From assembly GCA_947497755.1 (NCBI GenBank), contig CANMHT010000004.1:209589-273588 (forward strand): a DNA stretch of 64,000 nucleotides. Reading direction: 5' to 3'. The notes under the pieces were generated by a model that was not told the origin of the DNA, ran no database searches, and was given only the letters and a program-made list of their open reading frames with translations. This DNA is from an uncultured Polaribacter sp. GTDB taxonomy: Bacteria > Bacteroidota > Bacteroidia > Flavobacteriales > Flavobacteriaceae. How positions within the stretch are numbered: the first letter of the stretch is position 1; each line of letters starts with the position of its first letter. A program made the position numbers and the translations under genes. This document shows, piece by piece, positions 61,054-64,000 of this stretch.

Positions 61054-61932
61054 CTAAAACTGATACCTCACCAACATTTCAAGTGAGCCATTGTTGTTAA
61101 TTTGATTGATCTTTGATGTTGTAAAATCATAAGCTGCACCAAAACGTAGGTTCTCCATGATGTTAAACAGTGTAAATACAGAATACATCTCACCGAGTCT
61201 GTAGTTCATCCCTGCTTGTATCTGATTGTATCCAACGGTGGCACTAATATCTGTTGATGATGGTGCTCCTTTGGTACTTCTATGCATAAAAGCTGGTGTG
61301 ATTTGTACCTGTTCATTGATCTTAAAATGGTATCCTGCTCCATAGTATAAATGCAAGTTATCTACCGCTGCTTTGGGTGCATTTCCATGTTTGATGTATC
61401 GTTTTCCATTTAAAAAGTTAGGTGTGGAGATACTCACATAATACTTCTCATGCTTTAAATACATCCCTGCTCCAAACTGTGTATTGATAAAACTTTGGTT
61501 TCTACTAAACAATGGATCATTTCCTAAAGCTCCAGCCTTTTTTAAATCAATGTTTACTATCGATGCTCCTGTCTTTACCCCAAAGTATAAATCATGTGTT
61601 TGTGAGAGTTGTAGCTTGTAAGATAGATCTACTGTTAGGTCTGTTTCTTGTAATACAAACACCTGATCTCTTACTAAAGAGACTCCCAATCCAAGTCCGT
61701 TTTTAAGTGGACTCACATAATTTAATGCCTGTGTGTTTGGAGCATCACTCACACCCACCCATTGGCTTCTATATCCCAAACTAATCTGTTGGACATCTGT
61801 ACTTCCTGCAAAAGCAGGGTTGATAATATTCATATTAAAGTTATACAAGGTAAAGTTTGGGTCTTGTTGTGCCACACTCTTTTGTATAAAACAAACCGCT
61901 ATAAGGAGCAATATATATTGAATTTTTTTCAT
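61054..61932 (-). CDS. Type IX secretion system PorP/SprF-family membrane protein
   Basis: QQDPNFTLY, INPAFAG, YRSQW, GAAYDF, GSLEMLVRYQF; directly downstream of a type-B CTD protein. Confidence 0.92.
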   Translation of the reverse strand: MKKIQYILLLIAVCFIQKSVAQQDPNFTLYNFNMNIINPAFAGSTDVQQISLGYRSQWVGVSDAPNTQALNYVSPLKNGLGLGVSLVRDQVFVLQETDLTVDLSYKLQLSQTHDLYFGVKTGASIVNIDLKKAGALGNDPLFSRNQSFINTQFGAGMYLKHEKYYVSISTPNFLNGKRYIKHGNAPKAAVDNLHLYYGAGYHFKINEQVQITPAFMHRSTKGAPSSTDISATVGYNQIQAGMNYRLGEMYSVFTLFNIMENLRFGAAYDFTTSKINQINNNGSLEMLVRYQF

Positions 61933-61972
61933 GTTGTTAACTGTTATAAATGTATTGCAATATTGTTGAGGG

Positions 61973-64000
61973 TTAATAATTGATATAGATCCATCCTTTG
62001 GCTGGTTTAGCTCCAGGAGTGTTAAATTCTACAGTAAAGTAATAGGCACCAACTGGTAGTTTATTACTACTACTTGTTTTATTAGAGAATCCATTAAATG
62101 AATTGTCATATCCTTTCATAGAGAAGACTAGTTTTCCAGAACGGTTGTAGATGTTTACTACATTGTTAGGATATAGCGCAATGTTCTCAATCACCCAAGT
62201 ATCATTAACTCCATCACCATTAGGAGAGAATCCATATTTCTTCTTCATTACAATAGAAGCCTGACAGCCTTCATTTTCTGTGTCATAGTAATTTAAGATT
62301 CCATCATTATCACAATCTTCCTGAACATCTCCAATACCATTGTTATTCGAATCCTCTTGGTCTGGGTTTGGCAGATAACTATTGTCATCTACATCTGGTA
62401 CTCCATCATTATCATCATCGGGATCAGTAATATCAGGAATCCCATCTCCATCGTTATCTCCTAAAATAGTTAAAGTTCCATTGACAGTAACAATCGTATA
62501 GTTTCCATCTGTAGCTGCACTTAACTCAATAGGAACAGTTCCTGCTGGTGTATTGGTAGTAGCTGTGCTACTTGCTACTGGAGCAGTATCTATATCAGAG
62601 GCCGTATCAGCTCCTTTAAAACCACTATAAGTAATGGTAAAAGTTGGATTTGCTTGTCCAAATACTTTGGTCTTATCATCAGCAGTTGCTGTTAAAGTAG
62701 CTTTGCCAATAGTTAAAGTTCCATTTACTGGAGTGATGGTATAGTTATTATCGGCTCCACCTGTGGTGGTAATTGCTACAGTACCAACATCAGTTGTAGT
62801 AGTTGCTGTACTACTTGCTGTTGGAGCAGTATCAATATCAGAGATTGTATCAGCTCCTTTGAATCCACTATACGAAATAGTAAATGTTGGATTTGCCTCT
62901 CCATATTCTTTGCTCTTATCATCAGCAGTTGCTGTTAGAGTAGCTTTGCCAATGCTTAAAGTTCCATTTACTGGAGCGATGGTATAGTTATTGTCATTTC
63001 CACCTGCGATGGTAATTGCTACAGTACCAACATCTGTTGTAGTGGTTGCTGTACTACTTGCTGTTGGTGCAGTATCAATATCAGAAATCGTATCAGCTCC
63101 TTTAAATCCACTATAAGAAATGGTAAATGCTGGATTGGCATCTCCATATTCTTTGCTCTTATCATCAGCTGTAGCTGTTAGAGTAGCTTTGCTAATTGTA
63201 AAAGTACCATCAACATAACTTGCTGTATAGTTATTATCATTAACTGCACCTGCTCTAATTGTATAGGTTCCAGCATCAAAAGAAGTTATTGGATCAACAA
63301 AAAAGACAAAGGCTCCTGTATCTAGAACAGAGGCATCGTCTCCATTTTTAAAGGGTCCATATGTAAATCCAATTGAAAAACTATCTCCATAAGTAATCGT
63401 TTGATTATTCGCTGTAACAACCAATACGGCTTTTGCAATGGTCAGCGTAATGTCTTTTTTTGCTGCACCATAAATTCCATCTGCTGGCAAAGTAGCTCTA
63501 ATCGTTACCGTACCTGCATTTCCGACATTTAACGTTCCATTGTTTGTTCCTGATAGACTAGCTGAACCTGTTCCTCCTGCAACAATCGAATAACTAATTG
63601 TTCCTGTTGAATTTGAAGTCGCTCCTAAAGCAAAATCTGCATCTCCATAGGTCTTATTAATATCAGCAAATGTAATTACAGCCGGAATTAAGTCATCATC
63701 TACTAGTGTAATCTCTAGCGTCTGATTTCCTTTTTCTGTTCCATTGGTTACTCCGGTAATCTCTGCAATAATTGTCTCGTTTCCTTCCGGACTAGTATCA
63801 TTGATAGGAGTGATAATTACCGCTGCACTTGCTGAGGTTTGTCCGGCAGTGATTGTAATCGTAGTACTTGCTGTACTATTGTAATCTGTACCGTTTAATG
63901 CCGTACCTGAATAACCAATTGTTACTTCTACATTCTTTCCAAAGGCATTAGAAAGCGTAGCTGTCAATGTTGCTGTTCCTGTAGCTTCATTAATACTACT
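61973..64000 (-). CDS. Large T9SS type-B cargo adhesin (Calx-beta-like, MBG repeats, TSP3 Ca-binding repeats, gliding-motility CTD); 5' end outside the window
   Basis: Frame open to 64000; KATLTATADDK MBG repeats; DxDxDG repeats; FSPNGDGVND...KGWIYINY CTD. Confidence 0.92.
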   Translation of the reverse strand, partial: SSINEATGTATLTATLSNAFGKNVEVTIGYSGTALNGTDYNSTASTTITITAGQTSASAAVIITPINDTSPEGNETIIAEITGVTNGTEKGNQTLEITLVDDDLIPAVITFADINKTYGDADFALGATSNSTGTISYSIVAGGTGSASLSGTNNGTLNVGNAGTVTIRATLPADGIYGAAKKDITLTIAKAVLVVTANNQTITYGDSFSIGFTYGPFKNGDDASVLDTGAFVFFVDPITSFDAGTYTIRAGAVNDNNYTASYVDGTFTISKATLTATADDKSKEYGDANPAFTISYSGFKGADTISDIDTAPTASSTATTTTDVGTVAITIAGGNDNNYTIAPVNGTLSIGKATLTATADDKSKEYGEANPTFTISYSGFKGADTISDIDTAPTASSTATTTTDVGTVAITTTGGADNNYTITPVNGTLTIGKATLTATADDKTKVFGQANPTFTITYSGFKGADTASDIDTAPVASSTATTNTPAGTVPIELSAATDGNYTIVTVNGTLTILGDNDGDGIPDITDPDDDNDGVPDVDDNSYLPNPDQEDSNNNGIGDVQEDCDNDGILNYYDTENEGCQASIVMKKKYGFSPNGDGVNDTWVIENIALYPNNVVNIYNRSGKLVFSMKGYDNSFNGFSNKTSSSNKLPVGAYYFTVEFNTPGAKPAKGWIYINY
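62462..63190 (-). repeat. Three tandem 243-bp MBG-domain repeats
   Basis: KATLTATADDK recurs at codons 63188, 62945 and 62702 (81-aa period) with high DNA similarity. Confidence 0.9.

Overview
AT-rich Flavobacteriaceae-type chromosome segment (Polaribacter/Tenacibaculum-like; inferred from T9SS genes, TAnnTTTG promoters and gene content). Left to right: an ABC efflux operon with a divergent NtrC-type two-component system, two tandem acyl-CoA ligases, an ECF sigma/anti-sigma/DUF4097 operon, a long accessory stretch of mostly secreted hydrolases and unknowns (19.5-34 kb), a housekeeping block (msrA, dnaX, USP, SulP, miaE, mnmE), integrase-less islands accreted at the mnmE 3' end (att copies at 43388, 49927 and 51092, carrying a Fic gene and followed by a Swt1-like HEPN gene), an RNA-repair locus, and a T9SS type-B adhesin with its PorP/SprF partner. 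The most interesting region is 52.5-61 kb. It holds a WYL regulator, two RtcB ligases, PrfH, a TPR protein and an SPFH/slipin protein. It also has an unannotated ~700 bp non-coding leader containing two tandem circularly permuted tRNA mimics (YrlA-like architecture), with no Ro60/TROVE gene in the window. An identical palindrome, TACGCAA-N5-TTGCGTA, sits at the same spacing in the promoters of the RNA array and of the distal rtcB/WYL pair. The rtcB-prfH arm instead has a uORF plus terminator attenuator. All calls come from reading the sequence and recalling family motifs; no database search was run.
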